DNA of 64,000 bases from Chromatiales bacterium (GCA_018699155.1 JABIQA010000167.1:6699-70698), one strand, 5' to 3'. Counted from the stretch's first letter, positions 1-10,407 are shown. Numbers and translations are program-made. Notes: generated from the letters alone by a model not told the origin.

Positions 1-1
1 T

Positions 2-151
2 ATCGCCCGCATGAACTCTGCGCTGCATGAACTCTTTATCGATGGCATCAAAACCAATACTTTACTGCATAAAGAAATCTTCCAGCATGCGGCATTCAAG
101 GCCGGCGGCACTGACATTCATTATCTCGAGCGCCGTCTCGGACTCTCGTGA
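2..151 (+). CDS. accC: Biotin carboxylase, C-terminal 49 codons only (the gene starts upstream of the window)
   Basis: Frame 2 reads [49 protein letters not shown]-stop. This matches the conserved AccC C-terminus (IDGIKTN...GGT.IHYLE..LG). accC-prmA adjacency is the usual gammaproteobacterial synteny. Confidence 0.8.
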   Translation: MARMNSALHELFIDGIKTNTLLHKEIFQHAAFKAGGTDIHYLERRLGLS

Positions 152-222
152 GTCTGAATAAAGCAAAGTAATAGCTGCCGGTTTTTCCGGCGGCTCTCCG
201 GCAAATTATTAGGGCAGCTCGC

Positions 223-1098
223 ATGGCATGGCTACAACTCACTCTGGAGCTAAAAAAAGATCGCGCTGAGGCCTTCGAATTACTCATGGAAGAAATGGAT
301 GCGCTTTCCATTACCTTTACAGATGCTGCCGATGACCCTGTATTGGAGCCTAAGCCTGGCGAAATGCCACTCTGGCAAAATATCTCTGCCGCTATTCTGT
401 TTGCTGAAGACACCCCTCCAGCAATCCTAATTGAAGCACTCTCTGAGCATTTTCCGGAAAGCTCGGCTGGTGCGACTACAGAAATACTCCAAGATCGGGA
501 ATGGCTGCACGAATGGAAACGCGACGTATCACCAAGAAAATATGGTGATCGACTCTGGGTTTATCCCTGGGTCGCCGAAGCCGTTACTGACCCCAATCAG
601 GTTATTGTTGAGCTGGAACCCGGATTGGCCTTTGGCACCGGCGAGCACCCGACCACGGCAATGTGCCTTGAGTGGCTTGATGGCCACGATGTCGCCAACA
701 AAAGTATTATCGATTACGGCTGCGGTTCCGGCCTTCTGGCAATCGCCGCACTCAAGCTCGGAGGGCGCGAGGCTGCTTGCGTAGACATCGATCTCCAAGC
801 CATCATCGCGACACGGTCAAACGCCGAAAGGAATAGCGTCAGTGACCGACTGCTTACCTGCGATGCCGAAACTCTCGTGCAAAATAGCTACGATATAGTT
901 ATCGCAAATATCCTCAGCGGGATACTGGTTGATTTATCATCAGCTCTGACGAAACTGGTCGCCCCCAAGGGCTGGCTGGTATTAACCGGCATACTCGCAG
1001 AACAGGCGGAAACTGTAATATCAGCCTACGCGCCACAAACCCCTCTATCGATTATTTTAGAACAGGATGGCTGGGTGCTTCTGGCCGGCGAGAAATAG
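223..1098 (+). CDS. prmA: Ribosomal protein L11 methyltransferase
   Basis: 291-aa ORF. It has the SAM-binding motif IDYGCGSGLLAI and the FGTGEHPTT motif typical of PrmA. It follows accC. Confidence 0.9.
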   Translation: MAWLQLTLELKKDRAEAFELLMEEMDALSITFTDAADDPVLEPKPGEMPLWQNISAAILFAEDTPPAILIEALSEHFPESSAGATTEILQDREWLHEWKRDVSPRKYGDRLWVYPWVAEAVTDPNQVIVELEPGLAFGTGEHPTTAMCLEWLDGHDVANKSIIDYGCGSGLLAIAALKLGGREAACVDIDLQAIIATRSNAERNSVSDRLLTCDAETLVQNSYDIVIANILSGILVDLSSALTKLVAPKGWLVLTGILAEQAETVISAYAPQTPLSIILEQDGWVLLAGEK

Positions 1099-1107
1099 TT
1101 AGCAATC

Positions 1108-2682
1108 ATGTTTACCCAATGCCCAAAATGCACAGCCACTTTTCGGATGACCTCCGAACAACTCCAACAAGCTGGAGGCCGGGTTCGCTGCGGCAAGTGC
1201 CAACATGTCTATAACGCTCTTAATTCCGATGATAGCCCGACAATAAAAGGCCCGGAGACCCTCCCCAACTGGCTCAATGAACTGGACGAAATTGAACACA
1301 GCGAGCAGCACAAACTACTGAGCACAGCTCCCGGCAACGGAGATGACGTCGATATGAGCCCCAACCCGGATGGCTCCGTTGCGAGATTCAACGAACCTGA
1401 AATCGGCTCAAAGGACATTGATTCCGATGACGATGCGTTCGATGACGAAGATAGCGACACCATTATTCGCATCGAGGAGGATGAAAAGGAGGCCGTTGGA
1501 GATATGGCAGGCATCCAAACAGCCGCAGATGACATCGATAACGAATCCAGCCAGGATGAAGATCAGGACATCGAATCAGATATTAATGACCCTCTCGAAT
1601 TCAACGTCCCCAAACAACAATGGGGTCGATTCTTCACCGGACACTATGAAGGCCCGATTATCGAGGCCGTAGGCCCGCTGCATGAAGATCAAGAAGACCC
1701 GGAGGCCTATGTCGACAAACCCGAAATCAATGTTGTTGTAGAAGATACAGAGATTCCTGCCGATGATATCGACAATGGCTTGGGTGATGCCGATGGCCAG
1801 GCGCCTCCCGAACAAAAAACCGCGTCGCTCCGTACCGCTATTGACAACTTGACCATGGAAAAGTCTGAGTGGCAACGCCTGCTTGCGGATGCTGATAACG
1901 AAGCCGAGGCTTTGTTCATGGTCGAGCCTGACGAAACTGAAAACGAAGACATCACCGATAACTCGGACGAAGAAGAGGCCGACGATACCGCAGTCGGCAT
2001 TGATGATGAAGATGACGAGGAGGGGTATGACAGCGAAAGCGATGTCGAAGTGTTAAGCACTGCGGACAACCAACCGCAAGGGGCTGCGCAAATCAACAAG
2101 CCCACTGAAGCCGACCTGAGCGCCCCGCCATTGTGGGCTAAGCCTAAAACAGAAGGGGAAAGCACAACTCAATCACGGCACTGGTTTGCTGCTGTCGGAT
2201 TGTTGCTGCTGTTCATCATGCTGGCTATCCAGCTCATGCACCATAATCGCGAGCAACTGGCTACTGACCCACGCTATGGCGAAACTATCCGCAGCGTTTA
2301 CGCCTCGCTGGATCGTCCGCTATACCCAGCATGGGAACTCAGCGCCTATAAAATTCGGGGCACTAAAGCCATCTCAGGTGAAACCAATGGCGACATGCTC
2401 GACATACGTGCGCAGCTCGCGATTACGGGCGACAAGCCTATGGGCGAACCGCAAATCCGCGTTATTTTAAAAGACCGCTGGGGCAAGCCGGTGAATAACT
2501 GGCTGTTTAGTGCGGAACAGTACATGCCCGGAATGCGTCCACCCAATGGGCTCATCCAGCCAGGGACGGTTATACCCATAAAATTAAGCGTTGTTGATCT
2601 CGGTTCAACCGCGCGCGGCTTTCAACTCGAAATCTGCCTGCGTCGTGAAGGCGGTGTTTTACAGTGCGACGGCCAGCTCTGA
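1108..2682 (+). CDS. Zinc-ribbon (MJ0042-type) / DUF3426-like membrane protein with a long acidic linker
   Basis: The N-terminus MFTQCPKCTATFRMTSEQL..RVRCGKCQHVYNAL is a CxxC...CxxC zinc ribbon. About 300 aa of D/E-rich low complexity follows, then one TM segment (WFAAVGLLLLFIMLAIQL) and a C-terminal domain. The position between prmA and dusB matches Pseudomonas-like genomes. Confidence 0.75.
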   Translation: MFTQCPKCTATFRMTSEQLQQAGGRVRCGKCQHVYNALNSDDSPTIKGPETLPNWLNELDEIEHSEQHKLLSTAPGNGDDVDMSPNPDGSVARFNEPEIGSKDIDSDDDAFDDEDSDTIIRIEEDEKEAVGDMAGIQTAADDIDNESSQDEDQDIESDINDPLEFNVPKQQWGRFFTGHYEGPIIEAVGPLHEDQEDPEAYVDKPEINVVVEDTEIPADDIDNGLGDADGQAPPEQKTASLRTAIDNLTMEKSEWQRLLADADNEAEALFMVEPDETENEDITDNSDEEEADDTAVGIDDEDDEEGYDSESDVEVLSTADNQPQGAAQINKPTEADLSAPPLWAKPKTEGESTTQSRHWFAAVGLLLLFIMLAIQLMHHNREQLATDPRYGETIRSVYASLDRPLYPAWELSAYKIRGTKAISGETNGDMLDIRAQLAITGDKPMGEPQIRVILKDRWGKPVNNWLFSAEQYMPGMRPPNGLIQPGTVIPIKLSVVDLGSTARGFQLEICLRREGGVLQCDGQL

Positions 2683-2695
2683 GCCCCGACACGTG

Positions 2696-3814
2696 ATGAA
2701 TACTCCCCGCATTGGCCCACATCAGCTCAGCAGCAACATATTGCTTGCTCCCATGGCTGGGCTCACTGACCAGCCATTCCGCAACCTATGTCGCCAATTC
2801 GGTGCAGGCATGGCCACCTCAGAGATGACCACTGCAGATACAGCAATGTGGCGGAGCCGTAAAAGCCAGCATCGACTGGTTCTCGATAATGAGAATGGCC
2901 TTAAGGTGATACAAATTGCTGGCAGTGATCCCCAACAAATTAGCGAAGCTGCCAAGGCTATAGAAGGTCTGGGCGCCGACATCATCGATATAAACATGGG
3001 CTGCCCGGCAAAAAAGGTCTGCAAAAAACTGGCGGGTTCAGCCCTGCTTCAGGATGAGCAACTGGTTAAGCAAATACTCGAGGCGGCGGTAAGCGCCGTC
3101 AGTATTCCGGTAACACTGAAAATCCGTACCGGCTGGGATTTAGCGCATCGTAATGGCCCCGAGATCGCCGCTATGGCAGAAAGCATTGGTATTGCTGCAT
3201 TGGCCGTACATGGGCGAACTCGTTCGTGCATGTTCAAAGCCGATGTTGAATACGACACCATTGCCGAGATCAAACAAAGAATAGATATTCCGGTATTTGC
3301 TAATGGCGACATTAAGACACCTCAACAAGCTGCGGTAGTCCTTGAGAAAACCGGTGCTGATGGCGTAATGATCGGACGTGGTGCGCTAGGGCAACCCTGG
3401 CTCTTCACAGCCATCAATAGCTGGCTAAACAAAAAACTTTTGCCGAACCCCCCCTCAATAATCGAGCAACGTGATATTATTCTTAATCACCTGAAGGCAC
3501 TCCATGAGCTCTATGGCTCCAACACCGGTGTCCGGGTAGCAAGAAAGCATCTGAGCTGGTATTGCCAGCATATAGAAGGCGCAGCAGAGTTTAAGTACAG
3601 TTTTGTGCGACTAAATAGCGCCGAAGATCAGCTGCAGATAACATTCGATTTTTTTGATCGCTGCCAGTCCACAGAGGCGGCGGCAGATTTGGCGGCTTCG
3701 CGTCATGGGGAATTAGGTTCGTGGTATCAAGCAAGAAAAAGCTCGCCAACAAGAAAACAGTCAAGAAGAAGACTGGAAAACCGGGCAAGGCAAAACTCCC
3801 CGAAGTTCAGCTGA
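2696..3814 (+). CDS. dusB: tRNA-dihydrouridine synthase B
   Basis: The start is trimmed to the ATG at 2696 (MNTPRIGPHQL..LAPMAGLTDQPFR). The TIM-barrel Dus motifs are present (DINMGCPAKKV, HGRTR). It sits upstream of fis as in E. coli. The 3' tail runs 94 nt into fis. Confidence 0.9.
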   Translation: MNTPRIGPHQLSSNILLAPMAGLTDQPFRNLCRQFGAGMATSEMTTADTAMWRSRKSQHRLVLDNENGLKVIQIAGSDPQQISEAAKAIEGLGADIIDINMGCPAKKVCKKLAGSALLQDEQLVKQILEAAVSAVSIPVTLKIRTGWDLAHRNGPEIAAMAESIGIAALAVHGRTRSCMFKADVEYDTIAEIKQRIDIPVFANGDIKTPQQAAVVLEKTGADGVMIGRGALGQPWLFTAINSWLNKKLLPNPPSIIEQRDIILNHLKALHELYGSNTGVRVARKHLSWYCQHIEGAAEFKYSFVRLNSAEDQLQITFDFFDRCQSTEAAADLAASRHGELGSWYQARKSSPTRKQSRRRLENRARQNSPKFS

Positions 3815-4044
3815 GAAATCGCCCGTTGCGATCACTCACAGAAGAAGCGCTGGGCCGATACTTCAAAGACCTTAACGGACATCAACCGACTAATCTTTAT
3901 AACCTGGTGCTGGGTGAAGTCGAAGCTCCATTGCTTGCCAGCGTCATGAAACATACCGATGGAAATCAAACAGTTGCATCTGAAATTCTTGGAATCAACC
4001 GTGCGACTTTACGCAAAAAGCTCAAGCAATACAGCCTGATTTAG
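3721..4044 (+). CDS. fis: DNA-binding protein Fis
   Basis: The C-terminal 73 aa ([19 protein letters not shown]...[37 protein letters not shown]) align residue-for-residue with E. coli Fis. The only in-frame start is the GTG at 3721, which gives a Lys-rich N-terminus. Confidence 0.9.
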   Translation: MVSSKKKLANKKTVKKKTGKPGKAKLPEVQLRNRPLRSLTEEALGRYFKDLNGHQPTNLYNLVLGEVEAPLLASVMKHTDGNQTVASEILGINRATLRKKLKQYSLI

Positions 4045-4136
4045 CATCAAAGCCTTTACCTTTAAACGCCCACCATTGCGGCCGCACAGCTCCAGGGCGG
4101 AGTGAGCCGCACAACATTCTTTCAAGAGTTATCACT

Positions 4137-5684
4137 ATGAGCCAAACACTAAGAGTTCTGGTAAGCGTTTCTGACAAAACCGGCGTTGTCGAATTTGCAG
4201 GCAAACTGGCAAAACTAGGCGCTGAGTTTATTTCAACCGGCGGTACTGCAAAATCACTCCGCGAGGCCGGACTAACCGTTACCGATGTTTCCGAGGTTAC
4301 CGGCTTTCCCGAAATCATGGATGGCCGAGTAAAAACACTCAATCCGCTCATTCATGGCGGACTGCTTAATCGTGGCGAAAAAGATGCTGGGGTGATGCGC
4401 GAACACGGTATAGATAACATCGATATGCTGGTGGTGAACCTGTATCCATTTGAAGCTACGGTTGCCAAACCCGATTGCAGCTATGAAACTGCTATTGAAA
4501 ACATCGATATCGGCGGACCTGCCATGATCCGCGCGGCATCGAAGAATCACGCGCATACAACTGTTGTCACCGACCCCTCGGACTACGACATGATTACTGG
4601 TGAACTGGCAGAAAAAGGTGAGATTACTCTTGCCTTGCGCACCCGCCTGGCTAAAAAAGCTTTTGCGCATACCGCGTGTTACGACGCTGCTATCTGGAAC
4701 TATCTGCAACAGCAGGATAATGAACAAGAATGGCCTGAGCGCTACCCCATAGGGTTGCAGAAACAACAAGAACTGCGCTATGGCGAAAACCCACACCAGA
4801 GTGCCGCGGTCTACACGATGTCCCAGCCGAATGTCGGCGCCCTCATCAACGCAAGGTCCCATCAAGGAAAGCCTCTGTCATTCAATAACCTCGCCGATGC
4901 GGATGCCGCTCTGGAGTGCGTGCGTGCGTTGCCCGCACCAGCCTGTGTCATTGTTAAGCATGCCAACCCCTGCGGCGCAGCTATTGGCAGCGATGCGACT
5001 GATGCTTATCGCAAGGCCTACCAAACCGACCCCACATCTGCATTCGGCGGCATTATTGCCTTCAACTGCGAGGTTTCCTGTGAGTTAGTGGAGGAAATCA
5101 TCGGCCAGCAGTTTGTCGAAGTCATGGTAGCCCCCGGCTACTCAGCTGATGCTCTGCAAGCCCTTACTGCTAAGTCTAATATCCGAGTATTGGAGTGCGG
5201 CCTTGAGAAGAATAATGCCATGCACCACTACAAACAGATTGATGGTGGCATGCTGATTCAGGATCAAGACATTGGCCAAGTTGATACCGCCACACTTAAA
5301 GTCGTTACCAAGCAGCAGCCCAATGCTCAACAGATTGAAGATGCCCAGTTTGCATGGACGATTGCCAAGTTTGTTAAATCTAATGCGATTGTCTTCGTCA
5401 AAAATGGCCAAACGGTTGGCGTAGGTGCGGGCCAGATGAGCCGGGTTATTAGTGCACAGATCGCCGGCGAAAAGGCTGCTGCTGCTGGTCTGGAGACCAA
5501 AGGTGCTGTAATGGCTTCCGATGCGTTCTTTCCATTCCGTGATGGCATCGACTTTGCAGCTCAGTTCGGTATTGCCACAGTCATTCAACCCGGCGGATCT
5601 ATGCGCGATGACGAAGTTATTACCGCGGCCGACGAGCATGGCATGAATATGCTATTTACCGGGATGCGGCATTTCAGGCACTAA
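4137..5684 (+). CDS. purH: Bifunctional AICAR transformylase / IMP cyclohydrolase
   Basis: 515-aa ORF. The N-terminal MGS-like domain ([18 protein letters not shown]) and the AICARFT domain (KHANPCG) are present. Confidence 0.95.
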   Translation: MSQTLRVLVSVSDKTGVVEFAGKLAKLGAEFISTGGTAKSLREAGLTVTDVSEVTGFPEIMDGRVKTLNPLIHGGLLNRGEKDAGVMREHGIDNIDMLVVNLYPFEATVAKPDCSYETAIENIDIGGPAMIRAASKNHAHTTVVTDPSDYDMITGELAEKGEITLALRTRLAKKAFAHTACYDAAIWNYLQQQDNEQEWPERYPIGLQKQQELRYGENPHQSAAVYTMSQPNVGALINARSHQGKPLSFNNLADADAALECVRALPAPACVIVKHANPCGAAIGSDATDAYRKAYQTDPTSAFGGIIAFNCEVSCELVEEIIGQQFVEVMVAPGYSADALQALTAKSNIRVLECGLEKNNAMHHYKQIDGGMLIQDQDIGQVDTATLKVVTKQQPNAQQIEDAQFAWTIAKFVKSNAIVFVKNGQTVGVGAGQMSRVISAQIAGEKAAAAGLETKGAVMASDAFFPFRDGIDFAAQFGIATVIQPGGSMRDDEVITAADEHGMNMLFTGMRHFRH

Positions 5685-5849
5685 AATTGTCATTGGATTT
5701 GCAGCTCCGCTAAACGGTATTAAAAACCGGAGGGATTAACATTCAACTCGGGAATCGCAGGCTTGTATTTCATGAAGCCCCAAGTAAGAAAAAAGCCGCG
5801 GCCGGCTGCTATATAATTCCAGCTATCTTGAGTACATTCAGAGCAGCAG

Positions 5850-7139
5850 ATGAAGATATTAGTTATTGGTAATGGTGGCAGAGAACACGCATTAGCGTGG
5901 TCTTTAGCAAAATCACCCCGTGTTTCAGAGGTTTTTGTTGCCCCCGGCAACGCGGGCACCGCACGCGAACCCGGCATTACGAATGCGCCGGTGAAAACAG
6001 ATGATATCGATGGCTTGCTGCAGTTCGCTCAGAAAAACCAAATTGAACTCACTGTAGTTGGCCCCGAAACACCTTTGGTTGCAGGTGTAGTCGATCGCTT
6101 TTCAGATGCCGGCCTAGCCTGCTTTGGTCCGCGGGCTGCCGCTGCGCAACTGGAGGGTTCTAAAGCCTTCTGTAAAGATTTCATGGTGCGCCATGGTATC
6201 CCCACAGCAGAATACAAAGCATTTAGTGATCTCGAGCCCGCACTTAACTACGTAAACTCCTGCAAGATTCCAGTGGTTATTAAGGCTGACGGCCTCGCTG
6301 CTGGCAAGGGTGTGGTGATCTGCGACAACCGCAAATTCGCAGCCGCTACCGTGCAATCAATGCTCGCCGATAAAGCCTTTGGGGATGCTAGCAGCCGCAT
6401 CGTTATCGAAGAGTTCCTCGAGGGCGAAGAAGCCAGTTTCATCGGTCTCGTCGACGGCACTCACGTTCTCCCTTTTGCGAGCTCACAAGACCACAAAGCC
6501 CGCGATGATGGCGACCTTGGTCCAAACACTGGCGGCATGGGCGCGTACTCACCTGCACCCGTTGTCACAGACGAAGTTGCGGCCAGGGCGATGGAGCAGG
6601 TCATGTTGCCCACTGTTGATGGCATGCAAAAGGACGGCACACCCTATGTGGGCTTCCTTTACGCCGGACTTATGGTGTCTCCTGATGGCAGCCTGAAGGT
6701 GCTTGAGTTCAACTGCCGCATGGGTGATCCGGAAACGCAGCCCATTATGGCGCGGCTTAACACCGATCTGGTTGAGCTTATCGAAGCTGCACTTGCCGGT
6801 AACCTCGATAGTTCAACTGCCAACTGGGATCCCCGCGTCGCGCTTGGCGTTGTGCTCGCCGCTGGTGGTTACCCACTTGCTTACGAAAACGGCGATGTCA
6901 TCAGCGGTTTGCCAGACCCGGCTGGCGAAATCGACACCAAGGTATTCCACGCCGGCACCTCTGAGAAAGAGGGTGCGGTAGTTACTGCCGGTGGACGTGT
7001 ACTCTGTGCCGTTGCTTTAGCCGGCAGCGTCACAGAAGCTCAACAGAAGGCCTATGCTCTGACGCACTCTATCGACTGGAACAACGTCTACTATCGTAGC
7101 GATATTGGCTATCGGGCTATTGCCAGAGAACAGAAATAA
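5850..7139 (+). CDS. purD: Phosphoribosylamine-glycine ligase
   Basis: 429 aa. The sequence MKILVIGNGGREHALAWSL is the classic PurD N-terminus, and an ATP-grasp core follows. purH-purD synteny is present. Confidence 0.95.
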   Translation: MKILVIGNGGREHALAWSLAKSPRVSEVFVAPGNAGTAREPGITNAPVKTDDIDGLLQFAQKNQIELTVVGPETPLVAGVVDRFSDAGLACFGPRAAAAQLEGSKAFCKDFMVRHGIPTAEYKAFSDLEPALNYVNSCKIPVVIKADGLAAGKGVVICDNRKFAAATVQSMLADKAFGDASSRIVIEEFLEGEEASFIGLVDGTHVLPFASSQDHKARDDGDLGPNTGGMGAYSPAPVVTDEVAARAMEQVMLPTVDGMQKDGTPYVGFLYAGLMVSPDGSLKVLEFNCRMGDPETQPIMARLNTDLVELIEAALAGNLDSSTANWDPRVALGVVLAAGGYPLAYENGDVISGLPDPAGEIDTKVFHAGTSEKEGAVVTAGGRVLCAVALAGSVTEAQQKAYALTHSIDWNNVYYRSDIGYRAIAREQK

Positions 7140-7350
7140 GCTGTACCACATAGCCTGAATATTGCTGTCACGGCAGCATGTTTTACTCGGTTTTCCGCGG
7201 GTCGATTAAAGCAATGGGTTATTTACTGAACCAAATATTACCGGGCAGTGACCATTTTGCTTGATATTTGTCGGCCCATCCGGTGCTTATTATGAAGGAT
7301 TCATAACAATCGCTGAATGCTGACCTGGTAGCTATCGAACTGGATCAGGC

Positions 7351-8418
7351 TTACTGCAGCTGCATACCCCATGTCTTGTTCAGGAATGCCAACAAATCAC
7401 GATTAGAGCTTTCGTACGCATTAAGGTTGAAGCCCATCGTGTAGCCATCAGGGCCACCGCAAGAATTAATTGCAAGCATGGCTGAAATACTGGAGTCCAT
7501 GGAATAACCTGAACTTTCTTCGATATTCTCACCCGTTTCTGTCCACCGCATAATGCAGTCTTTAGTCACCCATGCCCCTTCCTTGAACGCCTGAGGGTAT
7601 GGGTTGTCCCAACCATGACCGGCGCCCTCATACACCACCATCTCAACATCAACGCCCATATCTGTGAGCTTGTCACGCATCCAGGCACATCGCTCTATCG
7701 ACATAGACTCATCGGCTCCCCCCATCATGATAAGCAATGGGCTACCCTCAACACGGAAGTCATCAAAGTTCGCAGAGCAGCCGCCATAGAACATGGCATA
7801 TGCAGAAAAACGCGGGCCGTCTTTGCCCATCACTCCTTCCACCACGGGCTCGAACATCATGTACATGGTTGAGCCTGCACCAAGAGAAAATCCCGTGACA
7901 CCAATTCTTTCGCTATCAATATATGGGTGATCTTGCAAAGCTTTTAGGGCGCTAAGCGCATCGGCCATTTGCGTATAGATAGGCGCCTTATCAAGACGAT
8001 CTAAGTAATCATCGGTGGATCGCAGATTTCTTGCAGTAAAGGTATCTACAGCTAATCCGGCAATTCCATGTTCCGCCAGCAACATCGCAAGATTCACGCT
8101 ACGGCCGCCCCATGCACCACCCGAGCCATGCAAAATGACCATTGCCGGAACCTTGTTCTCAGCTGATGCTTCCGCAGGTAATACCATTGTGCCGCCAGTC
8201 GTCTGCTGCACAGCGGTTTCACCTCCATTAACAAAATCTTTGCCTGTCTTCGCATTAAAACTCGGAAACCCCACCACTCCATAAGGGCGGTCGTTCCAGT
8301 TGCTTACGTAATAAACATTTACTGCCTCATGGGTCTGTGGCACCCATTGAAATGCCCCGTAAGCAGCGAGCAGCAACACGGCGGCAAAAAAACCTTTACG
8401 TAAAAATTGCATAACCAT
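7351..8418 (-). CDS. Secreted dienelactone-hydrolase-family alpha/beta hydrolase
   Basis: A signal-anchor sequence (FLRKGFFAAVLLLAAYGA) is followed by ILHGSGG and the nucleophile elbow GFSLGAG. The start was chosen at the ATG at 8418; 8412 is also possible. Confidence 0.7.
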   Translation of the reverse strand: MVMQFLRKGFFAAVLLLAAYGAFQWVPQTHEAVNVYYVSNWNDRPYGVVGFPSFNAKTGKDFVNGGETAVQQTTGGTMVLPAEASAENKVPAMVILHGSGGAWGGRSVNLAMLLAEHGIAGLAVDTFTARNLRSTDDYLDRLDKAPIYTQMADALSALKALQDHPYIDSERIGVTGFSLGAGSTMYMMFEPVVEGVMGKDGPRFSAYAMFYGGCSANFDDFRVEGSPLLIMMGGADESMSIERCAWMRDKLTDMGVDVEMVVYEGAGHGWDNPYPQAFKEGAWVTKDCIMRWTETGENIEESSGYSMDSSISAMLAINSCGGPDGYTMGFNLNAYESSNRDLLAFLNKTWGMQLQ

Positions 8419-8518
8419 TGTCCTGCACCTATTCGCCCTCGTCATCCGAAAGTAATACCCATCATTCTACCCATATGCCTGCCTTGGTGCGGTACCCCCA
8501 ATGATTAACTGCAGGCAC

Positions 8519-8546
8519 AAAAAAACCTGCCGAAGCAGGTTTTTTT
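8519..8546 (-). terminator. Rho-independent terminator downstream of rho (symmetric, could act in both directions)
   Basis: AAAAAACCTGC-CGAA-GCAGGTTTTTTT: a 6-bp GC-containing stem with a 4-nt loop, flanked by an A-run and a T-run. Confidence 0.7.
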
Positions 8547-8563
8547 GTCTATCGAACTAAGCG

Positions 8564-10090
8564 CTAGCGTTTCATTGCATCAAAGAAGCTCGAATTCGTC
8601 TTGGTTTCTTGCATTTTACCCAACAGGAACTCTGCCGCAGCAAGCTCATCCATCGGATGCAGCACTTTACGCAATACCCAGATTTTCTGAAGCTCATCGG
8701 GGTTAATCAATAGCTCTTCTTTGCGGGTGCCGGAGCGATTAATATTAATTGCCGGATAGATACGTTTTTCCGCGATACGGCGATCCAGATGGATTTCCAT
8801 ATTACCAGTACCTTTGAACTCCTCGTAAATCACATCGTCCATCTTCGAGCCAGTATCAACCAGAGCTGTAGCCAGAATGGTAAGACTACCGCCCTCTTCC
8901 ACATTACGAGCAGCGCCGAAAAATCTCTTAGGTCGATGCAATGCATTAGCATCAACACCACCGGTAAGCACCTTTCCAGATGAAGGGATGACAGTGTTAT
9001 AAGCACGCGCCAAACGAGTGATTGAGTCGAGCAGAATAACGACATCTTTCTTGTGCTCAACCAGACGCTTAGCCTTCTCGATAACCATTTCAGCGACCTG
9101 CACATGGCGACTGGCTGGCTCGTCAAAGGTGCTCGAAACCACTTCCCCGCGCACAGTACGAGCCATTTCGGTTACTTCTTCAGGACGCTCATCAATCAAC
9201 AGCACGATGAGAGTAACGTCAGGGTTATTCGCAGTAATCGCCGTTGCGATATTCTGCAACAACATGGTTTTACCCGCCTTCGGTGGCGACACGATCAAAC
9301 CACGCTGACCTTTACCGATAGGCGCGACCATATCGATAATTCGCGACGTGAGATCTTCGGTTGAACCCGTGCCCTGTTCCAGACACAGCCTATCGGTCGG
9401 GAACAATGGGGTGAGGTTCTCAAACAACACCTTATTGCGGGCGCTTTCCGGCTCATCGAGATTAATCTCGGCAACACGCAGCAACGCAAAATAACGCTCA
9501 CCTTCTTTAGGCGGACGTACCAAACCGCCAACGCTATCACCTGTGCGCAGATTAAATCGACGAATCTGGCTCGGAGATACGTAGATATCATCTGGGCCGG
9601 CAAGGAATGAGCTATCAGCAGAACGCAGGAAGCCGAAGCCATCCTGCAAAATTTCGAGCACGCCGTCACCGAAAATACCCTGACTTTTTGCACCATGTGC
9701 CTTCAGTATTTCGAAAATAATGTCTTGTTTGCGTGACCGGGCAAGACCTTCAAGCCCCATTGAGCTAGCCAGTGCTACCAGTTCGGCGACCTGCGTGTTC
9801 TTTAATTCGTTGAGGTGGAGAAGGTTCTTGTTCTTCTCCAACTCATCTTTACGAATGATGTCGTTCTCAGTAAAGCTGCCGAACTCTTCGGTATCCGGGC
9901 GACGCCGACGACCGCGAGATTTATTGCCGCCCTTGGAGCCATCACCGCCTTTGTTATGGTGGTTAGAACGATTACCGCCACGATTGCCGCCTTTGCCGCC
10001 ACCACCGCCGCCGCCGCCGTTGTTAGCATCGCCGTTGTTATTGCCGCCACCAGCACCGGAACGAGCAGAGCTTCCTAAATAACCTCTCAC
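8564..10090 (-). CDS. rho: Transcription termination factor Rho with a 90-aa Gly/Asn/Arg/Lys-rich N-terminal extension
   Basis: Residues 91-508 are collinear with E. coli Rho ([13 protein letters not shown].., Walker A PPKAGKT, and other conserved regions). No ATG lies between the GTG at 10090 and residue 110. The only alternative start is the TTG at 9841. Confidence 0.9.
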   Translation of the reverse strand: MRGYLGSSARSGAGGGNNNGDANNGGGGGGGGKGGNRGGNRSNHHNKGGDGSKGGNKSRGRRRRPDTEEFGSFTENDIIRKDELEKNKNLLHLNELKNTQVAELVALASSMGLEGLARSRKQDIIFEILKAHGAKSQGIFGDGVLEILQDGFGFLRSADSSFLAGPDDIYVSPSQIRRFNLRTGDSVGGLVRPPKEGERYFALLRVAEINLDEPESARNKVLFENLTPLFPTDRLCLEQGTGSTEDLTSRIIDMVAPIGKGQRGLIVSPPKAGKTMLLQNIATAITANNPDVTLIVLLIDERPEEVTEMARTVRGEVVSSTFDEPASRHVQVAEMVIEKAKRLVEHKKDVVILLDSITRLARAYNTVIPSSGKVLTGGVDANALHRPKRFFGAARNVEEGGSLTILATALVDTGSKMDDVIYEEFKGTGNMEIHLDRRIAEKRIYPAININRSGTRKEELLINPDELQKIWVLRKVLHPMDELAAAEFLLGKMQETKTNSSFFDAMKR

Positions 10091-10407
10091 AGGTTCTTCT
10101 CCAGAAATTCCGCCAACTGCTTCTTGGACACCGCACCTACCTGCTGAGCTTCAACAACACCGCCCTTAAACAGAATAAGTGTCGGAATGCTGCGAATGCC
10201 ATATTGCTGTGGCGTTTTCGGGTTTGCATCGACATCGATCTTCGCAATATTGACCCGGCCTTCATACTCCGGGGCCAGTTCTTCAAGGATCGGGCCAATC
10301 ATTTTGCAAGGACTGCACCACTCTGCCCAGAAATCGACCAGAACAGGAACCCCTGACTCAATGACGTCAGACTGAAAACTCTTATCGCTTACGTGCGCTA
10401 TGCTCAT
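10087..10407 (-). CDS. trxA: Thioredoxin 1
   Basis: The start is trimmed to the ATG at 10407 ([33 protein letters not shown]). The product is 106 aa. The active site reads WCSPC rather than WCGPC. trxA-rho-rhlB synteny is as in E. coli. Confidence 0.9.
   Translation of the reverse strand: MSIAHVSDKSFQSDVIESGVPVLVDFWAEWCSPCKMIGPILEELAPEYEGRVNIAKIDVDANPKTPQQYGIRSIPTLILFKGGVVEAQQVGAVSKKQLAEFLEKNL

Noticed and set aside
173-195. A strong 9-bp hairpin (AGCTGCCGG-TTTTT-CCGGCGGCT) lies between accC and prmA.
   Set aside because: No U-tract follows it, so I cannot call it an intrinsic terminator. It may be an mRNA stability or processing element, but I have no further evidence.
2591-2695. Several genes have N-terminal extensions in the ORF track. 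These are dusB from 2591, cysQ from 12793, qor to 21393, trxA to 10572, gene X from 44965, argC from 46126, yadG to 40855, nudC from 42300 and the secreted protein from 26952.
   Set aside because: In each case the extension overlaps the neighbouring gene or precedes the conserved family N-terminus. An internal ATG with better context matches the known protein start.
7140-7350. The convergent purD / hydrolase intergenic region contains a short hairpin (TGCTG-TCACGG-CAGCA) followed by a T-rich stretch.
   Set aside because: The stem is only 5 bp and the T-tract is interrupted, which is too weak to annotate as a terminator.
9720-10082. Three additional long ORFs overlap the 5' end of rho: 9720..10082 (+), 9802..10056 (-) and 9815..10078 (+). 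They encode Pro/Leu-rich or Ala/Thr/Val-rich peptides.
   Set aside because: They are artefacts of the (GGN)n low-complexity tract, which is open in several frames. Only the frame contiguous with the conserved Rho body has a downstream protein to justify it.
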